Positions 9,661 to 20,889 of a stretch of DNA of 64,000 nucleotides are shown one piece after another. The position numbers and the translations under genes were made by a program. A model generated the notes under the pieces. The model had not been told where the DNA came from. It was given only the letters and a program-made list of their open reading frames with translations, and did not search any database. This DNA comes from Candidatus Marinacidobacterales bacterium (GTDB lineage Bacteria; Acidobacteriota; Vicinamibacteria; Marinacidobacterales; DATDRI01), in the NCBI GenBank assembly GCA_965219415.1, contig CBDCNP010000002.1, positions 2,240,001 to 2,304,000 on the forward strand, given 5' to 3'. The stretch's first letter is position 1; every line of letters begins with the position of its first letter.

Positions 9661-10257
9661 TTACTCGACCGCTTGTCCAACCGGAGCACTGCCTCGGGCG
9701 AAGAGGCTCATTTGGACGGGCTGAGGAGCACCGTCGCGGAGTACTCCTTCGTGAACCAATAGCCAACGCTTGGCAGGCAGACCCCCTCCGTAGCCAGTGA
9801 GGGAGCCATCGGCGCCCACCACCCGATGGCAGGGTATGACCAAGGGAATCGGGTTAGCACCGTTGGCCGCCCCGACCGCACGGGAGGCAGCGGGGCTTCC
9901 CGCCAAGTGTGCGATCTCGGAGTAGGACGCAATCCGTCCAAACGGAATTCGAGCCACGCTAGACCAAACCACTTTCTGGAACGGGCTTCCGCGCAGGTCG
10001 AGGGGCAGATCGAAGACCCTCCGGTGGCCTTCGAAATACTGGTCCAGCTGTTGGACGACTTCCGCGTGAGCCGAGCCGCCCGGTAATGTCGATTGTAGTT
10101 GGGCCCCGGGGAAAACCCTCTGCATCCATCGGTCATACCGTCCTGGCCTCGAAGGCTCCTCTGGCAAAGCGATAGCCGCCAGACCAACGGAAGTGAATAC
10201 CAAGCGGAGAGTGCCCAACGGACTATCTAGCGTGGTTCGATAGATGGTCTCGCTCAT
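9661..10257 (-). CDS. ogt: methylated-DNA--protein-cysteine methyltransferase
   Basis: Likely start MSETIYRTT at 10257; RAVGAANGANP and IPCHRV active site. Confidence 0.92.
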   Translation of the reverse strand: MSETIYRTTLDSPLGTLRLVFTSVGLAAIALPEEPSRPGRYDRWMQRVFPGAQLQSTLPGGSAHAEVVQQLDQYFEGHRRVFDLPLDLRGSPFQKVVWSSVARIPFGRIASYSEIAHLAGSPAASRAVGAANGANPIPLVIPCHRVVGADGSLTGYGGGLPAKRWLLVHEGVLRDGAPQPVQMSLFARGSAPVGQAVE

Positions 10258-10316
10258 TACGGTAGGCCAGCCTCCTAATAGCACGGCGGCCCCTAAAGTC
10301 AAAGTGGGAATGTTGA

Positions 10317-10730
10317 CTAGTACTCGAGCGCCTTGAGCATCGCTTCCCACTCCGCCTCGAGCTCGAAGAAGCCCTTCCCGAAAGCGGAGCGGGCGGCCGC
10401 ATCGATGCCGACTTTCTCGGCGCGCTGAAAGAAGCGACGCACGCGCTGCATTCCCTGCCTCTCGAAGAGGTATTGGACGAAAGACCCGATCAATTGGAAC
10501 CGGATTCCATCCGTGGCACGCTTCCCGGCCTGCTGGAGATTGTTTCGCGCACCGGCGGCACGCTGATGGAGGGAAGCTAGTGACCGGCTGGAGGACCAGA
10601 CGAAGGTTGCGAGATCTCGGCGAAGCCAATCCATATTCACCGGGAAACCCTGGGGGCCGCCGAGAACCGGCCCCAACACTCCTATCGAGATGGAGCCGGC
10701 GCCTCCCACTTTGTCTTCTCCTTGATCCAT
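10317..10730 (-). CDS. hypothetical protein; C-terminus resembles the tail of peptidase MA-like proteins (possible fragment)
   Basis: GSFVQYLFERQG...FGKGFFELEAEW pattern; no HExxH motif; N-terminal part looks unrelated. Confidence 0.4.
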   Translation of the reverse strand: MDQGEDKVGGAGSISIGVLGPVLGGPQGFPVNMDWLRRDLATFVWSSSRSLASLHQRAAGARNNLQQAGKRATDGIRFQLIGSFVQYLFERQGMQRVRRFFQRAEKVGIDAAARSAFGKGFFELEAEWEAMLKALEY

Positions 10731-10977
10731 CAGGCAGATCCCTCCAGACCCAGACTTCGATTAATGCAATCCGCGTAGCAGAGCTAGCCGGGCACGCATG
10801 GCTGTAACCCGCACATTAGACAGTGGGCTTCCCCGGCTGGTGCTCGCCGCGTCTACGACGAGTGTAAAATTTTTGTCCCCCCTCGCTCGATCGGTGCAAA
10901 GAGGTGGACACTTGCCTCGAGTTGGCCCTGGGTGTGAACCTCTGGAACGTCGCCCGACGAAGCACTAGACTGACCTT

Positions 10978-11616
10978 GTGGAACCGATCCTTGCCATCCT
11001 CTTCGACTGGGACGGTACGTTGCTGGATTCTTTCGCGGCTGGTTTCCGCGCGTCGATGGCGGTTTTTCGTCATTTTGAAATACCCGTCGACCGAGAGCGA
11101 TTCCTAAACACCTACAGCCCGAATTGGTACGACTCCTATCGCCAATTGGGATTGCCAGAGGCCAGATGGAACGAGGCCGACCAGATTTGGCTCGACAACT
11201 ACGGCAGGGAACGGCCCAAGCTCTACCCTTTCGCCGAGCGAACGGTCGAGACGCTCGGCCGGAACGGCTATACGCTGGGAGTCGTGACGAGCGGAACCCG
11301 GGAGCGAGTCACTAAAGAGCTCGAGCGCCACGGTCTAGCGGAGAGCTTTTCCACGGTCGTTTGCTTCGAGGACACGCAACCAAAAAAGCCGGATCCCGAA
11401 CCACTCCGAGTGGCACTAGAGCAACTGAATCGCCGGCCAGAGGAGGCGGCCTACGTGGGGGACAGACCCGAGGACATCCTCATGGGCAAGAAAACGGGCT
11501 CCTATAGCATCGGCGTTGTAAGCCTGTTCGGCAATCGGCGAGTGCTCGAAGAAGCTTCTCCCGATCTCATTCTTCCAGATGCTGGACACCTCCCTAGCCG
11601 CTTCGGTCCAAGATGA
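10978..11616 (+). CDS. HAD-IA family hydrolase (phosphoglycolate phosphatase/PpaX-like)
   Basis: FDWDGTL, VVTS, KKPDPEP and YVGDRPED motifs. Confidence 0.9.
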   Translation: MEPILAILFDWDGTLLDSFAAGFRASMAVFRHFEIPVDRERFLNTYSPNWYDSYRQLGLPEARWNEADQIWLDNYGRERPKLYPFAERTVETLGRNGYTLGVVTSGTRERVTKELERHGLAESFSTVVCFEDTQPKKPDPEPLRVALEQLNRRPEEAAYVGDRPEDILMGKKTGSYSIGVVSLFGNRRVLEEASPDLILPDAGHLPSRFGPR

Positions 11617-12086
11617 TTAGGCGCGAGACACCGCGGTTCATAGCCGACGCCATGGTCGGAAAGCTGGCCCGGTGGCTGCGTGCGCTGGGCGCGGACGTTC
11701 TCTACGATTCCTCACTGGACGACCACCACCTCGTGGCCCTCGCCCGCCGTGAGGGACGGGTGTTGCTCACTCGCGACGTACCTCTGGCCTCGGCAACCAA
11801 CGGGCCGGAGCGGCTCCTCATCGAGAGCGGCGACTTCCGTGAACAGCTGGTACAAGTAGTCAAGGCTTATCGACTCGATCCGAGGCGCCGGCGATTCAGT
11901 CGTTGCATCGACTGCAACACTCCTCTGGAGCCGGCGCTCCGGGAGGAGGCACGGCATCGAGTTCCACCCTATGTTTTTTCCACGCAGGCCCGCTTCTTGA
12001 GATGCGAACGCTGCGGCAAGATTCTGTGGGAAGGCGCCCATCGCCAACATATGCGACAGGTGCTCGAAGGGCTGTTCGCGGAGTGA
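11613..12086 (+). CDS. Mut7-C RNase (PIN-like) domain protein
   Basis: DAMVGKLARWLR, LLTRD, SRCIDCN and CERCGKILWEGAH zinc ribbon. Confidence 0.9.
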   Translation: MIRRETPRFIADAMVGKLARWLRALGADVLYDSSLDDHHLVALARREGRVLLTRDVPLASATNGPERLLIESGDFREQLVQVVKAYRLDPRRRRFSRCIDCNTPLEPALREEARHRVPPYVFSTQARFLRCERCGKILWEGAHRQHMRQVLEGLFAE

Positions 12087-12095
12087 AAGGCTCTT

Positions 12096-13628
12096 TTACT
12101 GGAGCTCGTAGACTAGAACCCGAGCGGAATCCGCCGACTGAAACTCGGACGCAAACCGGAGACCGCTAGGGGCGAACTCCGGCGCCAGCAAGAACTGAAG
12201 CTCCGGTCTCGTTTCGGGAACATATCGATCGTCGATCACCAAGTGGGTCACAGATTCGCGTTTCCCGAAACGAAGCACCTCTTCCCAACTCCCAACCGGC
12301 GTCCGGATGTACTCCCCATCCGCGTAGAAGGCAACTTGCGGTTTTCGATCCATGATCCTTGGACGCGAACCCGCACGATCTCGAAGCCAAAGACCGGCCT
12401 CTCGATAACTCACGTTGGGATCCGATCTGTATAGCGGCCGCAACGTGAATGGGAGGAGGGTCATTATCGCTATGATGACTACCGACGCGCCGACCACACC
12501 CGGTCCCACGAACCAGAGCCGCTTCGAGAGCGCGGCTTGGACAAGCTCCACCCCGCGGCCGGCCAGAATCAACGCCACCGGAAGCAACGGGACGAAGAAC
12601 CGGGCATCGACATAGAAGAACAGGAGAATTGTGTAAGGCACCCACGAAAACAGGAGAAAGAACTCCTCCCATTTTCCCCCGAAACGAGTGAGCCCGAGCA
12701 CCACCAGGGCAATCATGACCGGGGGAAAGAGCTGGGGTAAGACGTACTTTTGAACCAGGTGCAGGTTCATTATCCACCGCTTGAGAAACACCAAGGGGTC
12801 CGCCAGCAGAGCCCCGGGCAGAGACGAAGGAGCTACCCCCTCATCCGCCGCTTCGACCCGATCGATGGCGCGAGTGAAATGAGTCTGACCGACCGCTTGA
12901 GAGATGAGTAGTGTGACCTTCGTCTTCCCCGTCAATCCCCCGACCTGCATGGCGTAGGGCAGGATGAACACTGCGACGCCGCCGAGGAAACAACCGATGT
13001 TCATAGCGGTAGTCGTTTTGCCCCCCGACTTAGTCCCCCAGACAACCGAACCGAGACAGACCACGACAAAGTAGGGCAAGTAGGTGATGATCTCCGGGCG
13101 GATTAGGTACCCCACGCCCAGCAAAGAGCCGGCGGTGAGAGACCAGAACCATTTCCTCCCCGTAAGGGCAAGCAGAGCCGCCAAAAAGAACAGGTTCAAC
13201 ACAAGGGTGAAGGTGGACGCCGTCAACACTTGCGTCGAGGCTTCGACCAAGGGCGGATAAAAGGCTGCCAATGAGACGGTGGCCAGTGCCACGGCGACAC
13301 CGTAGACACGCCAAGCCAGCAAGAAGAGTGGAAATATCAGCAACGAGCCCGTGACAACCGAGACGAGTCGCGCCGCGACCTCATAGTCGGCTACCACGTT
13401 CGATGTAATCCCGATGAGCGCCGGGTAAAGGGGCGGGAACATGGGGTTCGTCATCGAGCCCTCTTCCACCCATTCCCTCGCCATGTGAGCGTAGGCCACG
13501 CCGTCGGTCTCGATGCACTGCTGGTACGCCATGAGCCACACACGAAGCCCGATGGCAACAAGGAAGATCAGTACGAGAAGGCCCCAAGGATAGAAGGCGG
13601 GTGCGTGGTTCTGCGCTCTTTCGGTCAT
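12096..13628 (-). CDS. GT-C (PMT/ArnT-like) multi-pass membrane glycosyltransferase
   Basis: DGVAY, PPLYP and YLIRPE motifs, many transmembrane helices, soluble C-terminal domain. Confidence 0.75.
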   Translation of the reverse strand: MTERAQNHAPAFYPWGLLVLIFLVAIGLRVWLMAYQQCIETDGVAYAHMAREWVEEGSMTNPMFPPLYPALIGITSNVVADYEVAARLVSVVTGSLLIFPLFLLAWRVYGVAVALATVSLAAFYPPLVEASTQVLTASTFTLVLNLFFLAALLALTGRKWFWSLTAGSLLGVGYLIRPEIITYLPYFVVVCLGSVVWGTKSGGKTTTAMNIGCFLGGVAVFILPYAMQVGGLTGKTKVTLLISQAVGQTHFTRAIDRVEAADEGVAPSSLPGALLADPLVFLKRWIMNLHLVQKYVLPQLFPPVMIALVVLGLTRFGGKWEEFFLLFSWVPYTILLFFYVDARFFVPLLPVALILAGRGVELVQAALSKRLWFVGPGVVGASVVIIAIMTLLPFTLRPLYRSDPNVSYREAGLWLRDRAGSRPRIMDRKPQVAFYADGEYIRTPVGSWEEVLRFGKRESVTHLVIDDRYVPETRPELQFLLAPEFAPSGLRFASEFQSADSARVLVYELQ

Positions 13629-13827
13629 GGAGCGTAAACTAACGACCAGCGTCTCTTGTTAGCCATCGACGAAGTGTCGGCTCGGGTCCGGCGAGATCGG
13701 ATCGGCCCGCAGGATTCGCTCTCTAGAAACGATTCTCTTTTAGGGAGTTCTAAGGCAGCTTTAACGGCTCGCGATCCCGGATGTCAACCTCTCGAACATC
13801 CGCGAATCATCCGGTACACTGTTTAAT

Positions 13828-14675
13828 GTGAAAACGGAAATCGACCCGTGCCCCCTGTGCGGTGAGCGATCCTCGCGACGCTCGCTTCGCGTCGGGAAAC
13901 TCGACCTATCGAAATGTCCAAGCTGTCACACGATGCGACGGCTCCCTTGGATGAGCCCCGAAGACATCGAACGGTTTTACCGAAACGAGTACGGTCTGCG
14001 CTTTCTACCGCGAGCGGACGCGGCCCGACGAGCCATGCTTGGACGCCTACTGGCCGGCCTTGGCGGTCCCCGGGGACGGAGATTGCTCGACCTCGGCGCG
14101 GGCAGCGGGCTCTTCGTTCGCATGGCGCTGGATGGCGGGTGGCGGGCGGAGGGCACGGAGCTTTCGATCCAGAGCCGAGCATGGGCGAGAGAGCACCACG
14201 ATGTCACGCTGCGTGATCCCGTGTCTTCGTCTTCGGACGCTGCCAGCTATGACGTGGTGAGCATCATCAACGTCCTCGATCAGACCCCCGATCCACTTCT
14301 GCTCCTGCGTCAGGCCCGTAAGGCGCTTCGCCCCGACGGCCTCTTGCTGGTGCGAGTCCCCAATGGCTCGTTCCACCTTCGCTGGGCCCGCCTTGCCTCT
14401 GTCCCGGGCTCAGAGGGTTCGCCCGCCTCGGGGTCGTGCATTCGTATGTCTTTACTCCACGGAGTCTTCGAAGCGTACTCCGGGCGGAGGGCTACCGAGT
14501 CCTAGGCATGCGAAACTCGAGGCTTGCGGAGGGGCCGTCCCCAGGCGCGTCGCCTAGTCCTCTGCTTCCGCTCTTGCTCAAGGCGGCGGCCTGGTTCGCC
14601 CGAGGGCCGCTGCTCTGGGGCCCTTCTCTGGAGGTCTACGCGAGCTCCGGAGGACGCCACCTCGACGCAAGTTGA
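13828..14675 (+). pseudogene. class I SAM methyltransferase, frameshift near 14410
   Basis: CPLC...CPSC zinc ribbon, LLDLGAGSG and RVPN; continues as HSYVFTPRSL in another frame up to 14675. Confidence 0.75.
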
Positions 14676-14700
14676 TATCACAACCTCGAAGGTGTAGCCT
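14672..14700 (+). promoter_or_regulatory. sigma70-type promoter, copy 1
   Basis: TTGATA-N17-TAGCCT. Confidence 0.55.
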
Positions 14701-14749
14701 CGATGAAAAGCCAGGATTCATAACTCTCTGCTCGGATTGCGCGGAAAAA

Positions 14750-16695
14750 ATGACGAGAAAGCTTAGCCGTGACTTCGTCTGCCCTCAGTGTCACGGTGAA
14801 CTCAGACGATCGCGGGACCTTTTGCAATGCGGCAACTGCGACTCCGAGCACCCCTTCACGGAAAACATTCCCTGTTTCGCGATCGGCTCGAGCGCGTGGC
14901 AGCTCTCTTCCGACACGTCGCCCGAAGCCGTGTTGGCGCAAGCCAAAGAAAAAGGCTGGCGACAAAGTATTGCCGGGATGGGCAAGGATCGGGCCGAGTG
15001 GATAGCGGGCGACAATCGATCCACTTTGTCGGTTCTTTCATCTCCGAAGGGAAGAGTGCTCGACTGTGGGTGCGGTTGGGGGAGGCTTGACTTTTTGGCT
15101 CGTGGAGGAGTTCGATGAGGTACATGCCTTCGATTGCTCCTTGGATGGTCTTCAATTCATCCGGCTCCGGTCTGAGCAGGAGGGAATCTCCAACGTGAAG
15201 ACCGCCCAGGGCAATATCTTTTCGCTTCCCTACCCAAACGACTTCTTTGATGTGGTGGTTTTGAACGGCGTCCTGGAATGGGTGGGCACGTTCTCAGACG
15301 AACATCCTCCCGAGCAACTGCAAGAGACCGCGCTGAGAGAAATAGTGAGGGTTCTTCGACCACAGGGTACGCTTCTTCCTGGCTATCGAGAACCGATACG
15401 GGCTGCAATATTTCTTAGGGTACAAGGAAGAGCACACCGGGCTCCGATTCATTTCGCTATTGCCCCGGTGGCTCGCCAACGCCTACCACCGGATCCGACG
15501 GGGCAAGGACTTCCGGACTCTAACTCATTCCCGAGCCGCACTTGAAAGAATGTTGAGAAAGTGTGGCTTCGCGGAGATGACATGGCTGTTTGTACATCCC
15601 AGCTACCGGCGCACCCGTCTCGCCGCGACGCTAAATAGTCCGAGTGGATTGAAATTCTTGATCGGCCATTTCTTATTCGAAGAACCGCTTCTTCGAAGAT
15701 GGGTACCACGGTTTCTGATGGACGGCCTCCTTAAACTGGAAACGGTTCTCAAGTTGAGTGTCTTCTTCTCCCCGTCCTGGACCGTCTTCGCGTGTCCGAC
15801 TTCCCCATTGCGACTCGCTTTGCGGACTGGGAACGATCTCATTGAGCTCAACACCCCGGCGACCGATTTAGCGGTGGTTATAAATGAACGGAGAGCCAAC
15901 TTTTTTTCCGTCGAAGGGACGGGTGATCGCCTAACCGGGAAATACTCGCTCCCCGTCACGAGGAGCGCATCGCAGAAAACGCAAATCTCCTTCGCGTTCT
16001 GGGAGACGATCACCGAGCAACGGCCGAAGCTCAAAGAAAACTTCCCTCAGGCGTCGCTCTGGAAGGGGCGGCGGGGCTATTTCGATCACACCGTCGCCGC
16101 TACCGGCTCGGCGCTGAAACTGGACGATCCGGAACAGTTGAAGTGTTTCCACGCCCTCGCTCTCGAGTTGAGCCGCCTGTCCGTTCCTCAGCCGAGGGTC
16201 GAGGCCTTCTTCGCCGACTTCGACATACGAAACGCCTTGATGGAAAGAGCTGACGAGTTGGGCTTTGATCGGGCATTCCGGGAATCCCTGGACCGGCCGC
16301 AATTCATTCACGGGGACCTGAACGCCGGCAACATTCTCATATCTCTGAGCGGTTCCTTGCATGCGACGCTGATCGATCTAGAACATGCCAAGATTGGACC
16401 AGCGATCTTGAATTGGTACGACTTCCTCCTACGCAATTTTGTTATTGCCGGAGACAGGATTCCCTTGAGCTCGCAGACCGTAATCGATCGGTTCCGGAGG
16501 CTCCCAGGGATCTCAGAAAGCCAACCTCTCTTGAGCCACCTGACCGCGCAGTTCCTGAACGAATGTGAGGTTCCTATCGATCGGCACCACCAGTACGTCA
16601 CTCTGTACATGCACTACCTCTGCCAGGACCCGGTCGTCGACGATCCGGACAAGGCTCTCGAAGCCTTATCGGAGATGGAATTCTCCTTACAATAA
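14750..16695 (+). pseudogene. Trm112-like ribbon + SAM methyltransferase + APH/kinase-like fusion, frameshifts near 15080 and 15374
   Basis: CPQC..CGNC; VLDCGCGWGG; NGVLEW; LFLAIENRYG (reconstructed across the shift); HGDLNAGNI and LIDLE kinase motifs. Confidence 0.75.
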
Positions 16696-16702
16696 GAATC
16701 AA

Positions 16703-17911
16703 ATGAAGTCGACGATGAACGTGCTGATGGTCGCCGACGTCTCTCCGCTCCAACCGTCGGGCGGCTCGGCCCGCGTTGTGAAAGAGCAGACGTTAGGATT
16801 GTCTGCTCGGGGTCATTCTGTGACAGTACTCTGCCGACATCCAAGCGGTGAGCTCCCTCGTGGCAACTCCTTGAACGGGTCTTCCATCCTTCACTATCCG
16901 GTCAGTCGAACGGGCCCGCTGGCTTATGCCTCGAGCTCCATTCTCGGGGCGAGAGCGACCCTTCGGGAAAATCTCCTAGGCCGAGAATGGGACGTTGCCG
17001 TCTTTCACCAACCCTTCTCGGCTTGCGGCGTCGAACCGGTACTACCTTCGAGCCTCCCCCGTCTTTACTGCTTCCATTCTCCGGCCGGGGCTGAGTACCG
17101 GTTGAGGGCGGCGAATCCGAAAAATGGAAGAGCCTCGCTCGGGACAGGCGTGATCGCCGCCGCCCTTCGACGGCTGGAACGCCGTGCGCTCACGAGAAGC
17201 GATCGCATCGTCGTTCTCAGCGACTTCTCTCGGCGGCTCTTGCGTGAAACCCATCCGACAGTCACCGTTCCCGTGGTAGCCATCCCCGGCGGTGTCGATC
17301 TCCGCCATTTTTGTCCGCCTCACAATCGTATGGCACTGAGGGAAAAACTCGATCTTCCGACGAGCTCATTCCTGCTCCTGACCGTCCGCGATCTGGAGCA
17401 ACGGATGGGGATCGACACCCTGCTCCACGCCCTCACCCGACTCCCAGAAAATCGGCCGTTTTTTTGTCTCGTCGGTGGGACCGGTCCTCTCCGCGGATTC
17501 TTGGAAGAGTCGTCTAGGCGCCTGGGGCTGGAAGACCGCGTGCGCTTCCTGGGCTACGTTCCGGAGGACGAGCTCCCTCTCTACTATCAAGTGGCGGATG
17601 TATTCGTACTTCCCACCCGCTCCCACGAAGGCTTCGGTTTGGTTTCCGTCAAGGCGCTGGCAAGCGGCACGCCCGTTGTAGGCACACCGGCGGGAGCCAC
17701 GCCAGAAATCCTCGCCCCGCTGGATACTCGCCTGGTCGCATCGTCTTGCGAAGCGTCATCGCTAGCGTCCACGCTGGAAGCGGCCTTCCCGCTTGTCACC
17801 GACGAAGACTTCCGGCGGCGCTGTCGGACCTATGCGGAGACCCGTTATTCGTGGGAGCACCACTTGGAGACACTGGAAAAAGAGCTCTGGGCCGCACGAG
17901 AAAAAAACTAA
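16703..17911 (+). CDS. GT4 glycosyltransferase
   Basis: GGSARVV, GGVD and EGFGLVSVKALASG (second Glu of EX7E replaced by K). Confidence 0.85.
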   Translation: MKSTMNVLMVADVSPLQPSGGSARVVKEQTLGLSARGHSVTVLCRHPSGELPRGNSLNGSSILHYPVSRTGPLAYASSSILGARATLRENLLGREWDVAVFHQPFSACGVEPVLPSSLPRLYCFHSPAGAEYRLRAANPKNGRASLGTGVIAAALRRLERRALTRSDRIVVLSDFSRRLLRETHPTVTVPVVAIPGGVDLRHFCPPHNRMALREKLDLPTSSFLLLTVRDLEQRMGIDTLLHALTRLPENRPFFCLVGGTGPLRGFLEESSRRLGLEDRVRFLGYVPEDELPLYYQVADVFVLPTRSHEGFGLVSVKALASGTPVVGTPAGATPEILAPLDTRLVASSCEASSLASTLEAAFPLVTDEDFRRRCRTYAETRYSWEHHLETLEKELWAAREKN

Positions 17912-17932
17912 ACCCCCGCATCGTAGACCAGT

Positions 17933-17961
17933 TTGACGCCCCGAGTCGGAGGGTGTAGCCT
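17933..17961 (+). promoter_or_regulatory. sigma70-type promoter, copy 2
   Basis: TTGACG-N17-TAGCCT. Confidence 0.55.
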
Positions 17962-18055
17962 CGAACGGAAAGCCCTCAAAGACATTTTCGGAGCAATCAT
18001 CCGCCGTTTCCCGACGGAAAACGGGAGAGGCGCATGGGTCTGTCCTGATGAGAAC

Positions 18056-19302
18056 ATGACGCTCCTACATTTGATTACGCGCCTGAGTCTAGGCGGTTCG
18101 GCCCGCAACACCATCGATTCCGCAGCGGCAGCGGTGCGCGCCGGATATGACACGATTCTGGCTACCGGTCCCAGCGGCAACGAAGTGGACATTTCCCATT
18201 TGGCCGATGAGATGGGATGTCGTCTCCACGTCATCGATTCGCTCCGGCGCGAGATCTCGCCGAGGCGCGATCTTCGAGCGCTCCTGGAGACCTTCCGCCT
18301 GATTCGAACGACAAACGTTGCGATCGTCCACACCCACACCTCCAAGGCGGGCTTCATCGGACGTCTAGCCGCGCGGCTGGCAGGCGTCCCGGTCATCATC
18401 CACACACCGCACGGACACATCTTCTACGGCTACTACGGCCGCGCGCGGACAGCGTTCTTCTCGCCCTCGAACGATGGGTCGCGAAGTTCTCCGATCGCCT
18501 CGTCACGCTCACCGAGCAAGGCGTCCACGAACATCTCGCTCGAGGTATTGGGAGAAGAGAACAGTACCGAGCGATCCCCAGTGGAGTCGACACCGAGGCG
18601 ATACGAAGACGGGCACCCGATCGCGACACCGCTCGAGAGCGACTCGGGTGCCTGCCCGAAGAACGAGTCGTCGTCGGTGTGGGACGCCTCGTGCCGATCA
18701 AAGGTTTCGACACCGCGGTTCGGGCGCTGCCTGGGCTGCTTGCGGGGATTCCAGACGCCCGCCTGGTGCTGGTGGGCAACGGCCCCGAGCGCGCTCGTCT
18801 CGAAGACCTTGCCGTTGCGCTCCGCGTTCGTCAACGGCTCACGATTACCGGAGCCGTCGACGACGTCCCTGGCTTCTTGGCGGCGGCGGACATTCTGGGC
18901 GCACCCTCGCGAAATGAAGGAATGGGACGGGTGCTGGTCGAAGCCATGGCCCTCGGCGTACCGGTGGTCGCCGCCAACGTCGGTGGTGTGTCCAGTGTGA
19001 TCCAGCCCGGGATCTCGGGAAGCCTGGTGTCGCCCAACGACCACGCCGCACTGGCGAGCGCGATGATCCTGTTGCTGAAAGATCGATCCCGACTCGAGGC
19101 ATATCGCGGAGCGGGTCTCGACCGGGCCGAGGAATTCTCCCTAGCGGTAATGGAGCGAGAGCTTCTCGCACTCTATCGGCAAGTCATTTTGGAAAAGGGC
19201 TTGTCCCTCGAAACCAATGCCGATGCTCCATCACCAGTTTTGGCGACCGACCGCTGGAGAACGACCGAGCACTCCGCCTGCTCGTCACCCGATGACCGGT
19301 AA
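18056..19302 (+). pseudogene. GT4 glycosyltransferase, frameshift near 18460
   Basis: HTHTSKAG and HTPHGH in one frame; GRLVPIKG and EGMGRVLVEAM in the next. Confidence 0.82.
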
Positions 19303-20889
19303 ACCACCCCGGGTCATAAGCAACGTCCTTTGGAACTGGACCAACTATGGTCTGCAGATCCCGATCGCTTTCTACATCACCCCTCTCCTGATCGCGCGGC
19401 TCGGCGATACGTCCTACGGTCTTTGGATTCTGCTGAGCTCGATCCTCGGCTACTACGGACCCTTGAACTTCGGGATCGACTCCGCACTCGTTCACTACAT
19501 CGCGAAGTATCTTGCGGAAGGGAAACGTGGAGAGATCCGGGAAGGTCATTCGCACTAGCCAGATCGTATTCGCAGTCATCGCTGCCAGTGTCCTGCTGCT
19601 GGGCATTGGTTTCGGCGTCGCCTTCGCATACTCCGATCTCGTCTTCCGGCACGTCTTCAATTTGCCTGAGGAGCTCCGCCGGCCGTTCGCCTTCATCCTT
19701 GTAATTCTGAGCGTCGGAGGCAGCGGCCACCTTCGTCTCTCGTGTCTTCGTGAGCATCCTACGAGCGAAAGAACGGTACGACCTTCTGAACGGCATCCAG
19801 ATCACATTGTTGATCGGAAGAACGTTGGCCATCGTCTTCTTGATGGGCGATTCGCTCGTCGCACTAGGAACGATCTTTGCCCTGTCCGCTGTCATCACCG
19901 GCATCGCCGCGTGGCTAACGGTTCGAAGCGTTTCTCCCGCCGGGATCGAGGATTCCGCCTCCGGATTTGATCCCAACACGTTTCGTACCATAAGAAAGTT
20001 CGGCCTCTACTCTTTCCTCAACTCTCTTGCCGATCAGTTTCGCTTCTACACCGACTCCTTGGTGATCGGGCAGTTCATGAAAGTTCAATTCATCACCTAC
20101 TACAACTTGGCCGCGATCTTCGTAACTTACTTCCGCCATTTTATCGGTCACGCCGCGTCCCCGTTCTTTCCAGTCTTTAGTCGGTATCACGGCACCGGCG
20201 ATACGCAGGCACTGCGACGCACGTTCTTGCGCGCCTCGAAGACCTTGTCCTTTCTGGCCGTCCTGGCGGCCGGAAATCTCATGGGAAGCGCCTATCCGTT
20301 TCTAAAGCTCTGGGTGGGTCAGATTCTGGCCCCGGAGCATGTTCTCTTGGGCTATCAGGTACTGTTGGTGTTGCTACTGCCTTTCACCGTTGAGTTAACG
20401 CAGTCCATCGCGGTTAATCTGATTTACGGAATGGGACAGCACCACCGTCTGACCACCCTGAACGGCCTGGAAGGTCTGGAAGGTCTGGCAAACTTGATCT
20501 TGAGCATCGTTCTCGTGCAGCGTTTCGGACTGGTCGGGGTCGCTCTGGGAACCGGAATTCCTCTGGTCGTCACTCAGATGGGATTCGTCTCCCGCATCGT
20601 GTGTCGTCTGATCGGGCTCGACGTGCTGCGCTACATCTTGCGGTCCATTGTGATCCCGGTGCTGGGCGGACTGGCCTTGGGAGTGGCGCAAATCGTGGTC
20701 TATCGTTCGACCGGCGCCGAGACCTACTGGCTGCTAGGGACGGTCGCCGTTTCGACGTCCCTAGCGTCCCTAGCCTTCGCGATACCCATGCTCTTCCTCT
20801 ATTTCTCGAGGGATGAGCGACAGAATGCTCCTAGAAATGTGGGACTCGTGGAGAGGACCGCACCGTCGGTGACGCTCGTTTCGGGCTAG
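19292..20889 (+). pseudogene. wzx: Wzx-type polysaccharide flippase, frameshifts near 19540 and 19716
   Basis: NVLWNW, TPLLIARLG...YGLW and FGLVGVALGT; three hydrophobic ORF pieces in series. Confidence 0.8.

Noticed and set aside
20467-20488. 9-bp duplication CTGGAAGGT in wzx (GLEGLEGL)
   Set aside because: A small in-frame slippage in an already broken gene.
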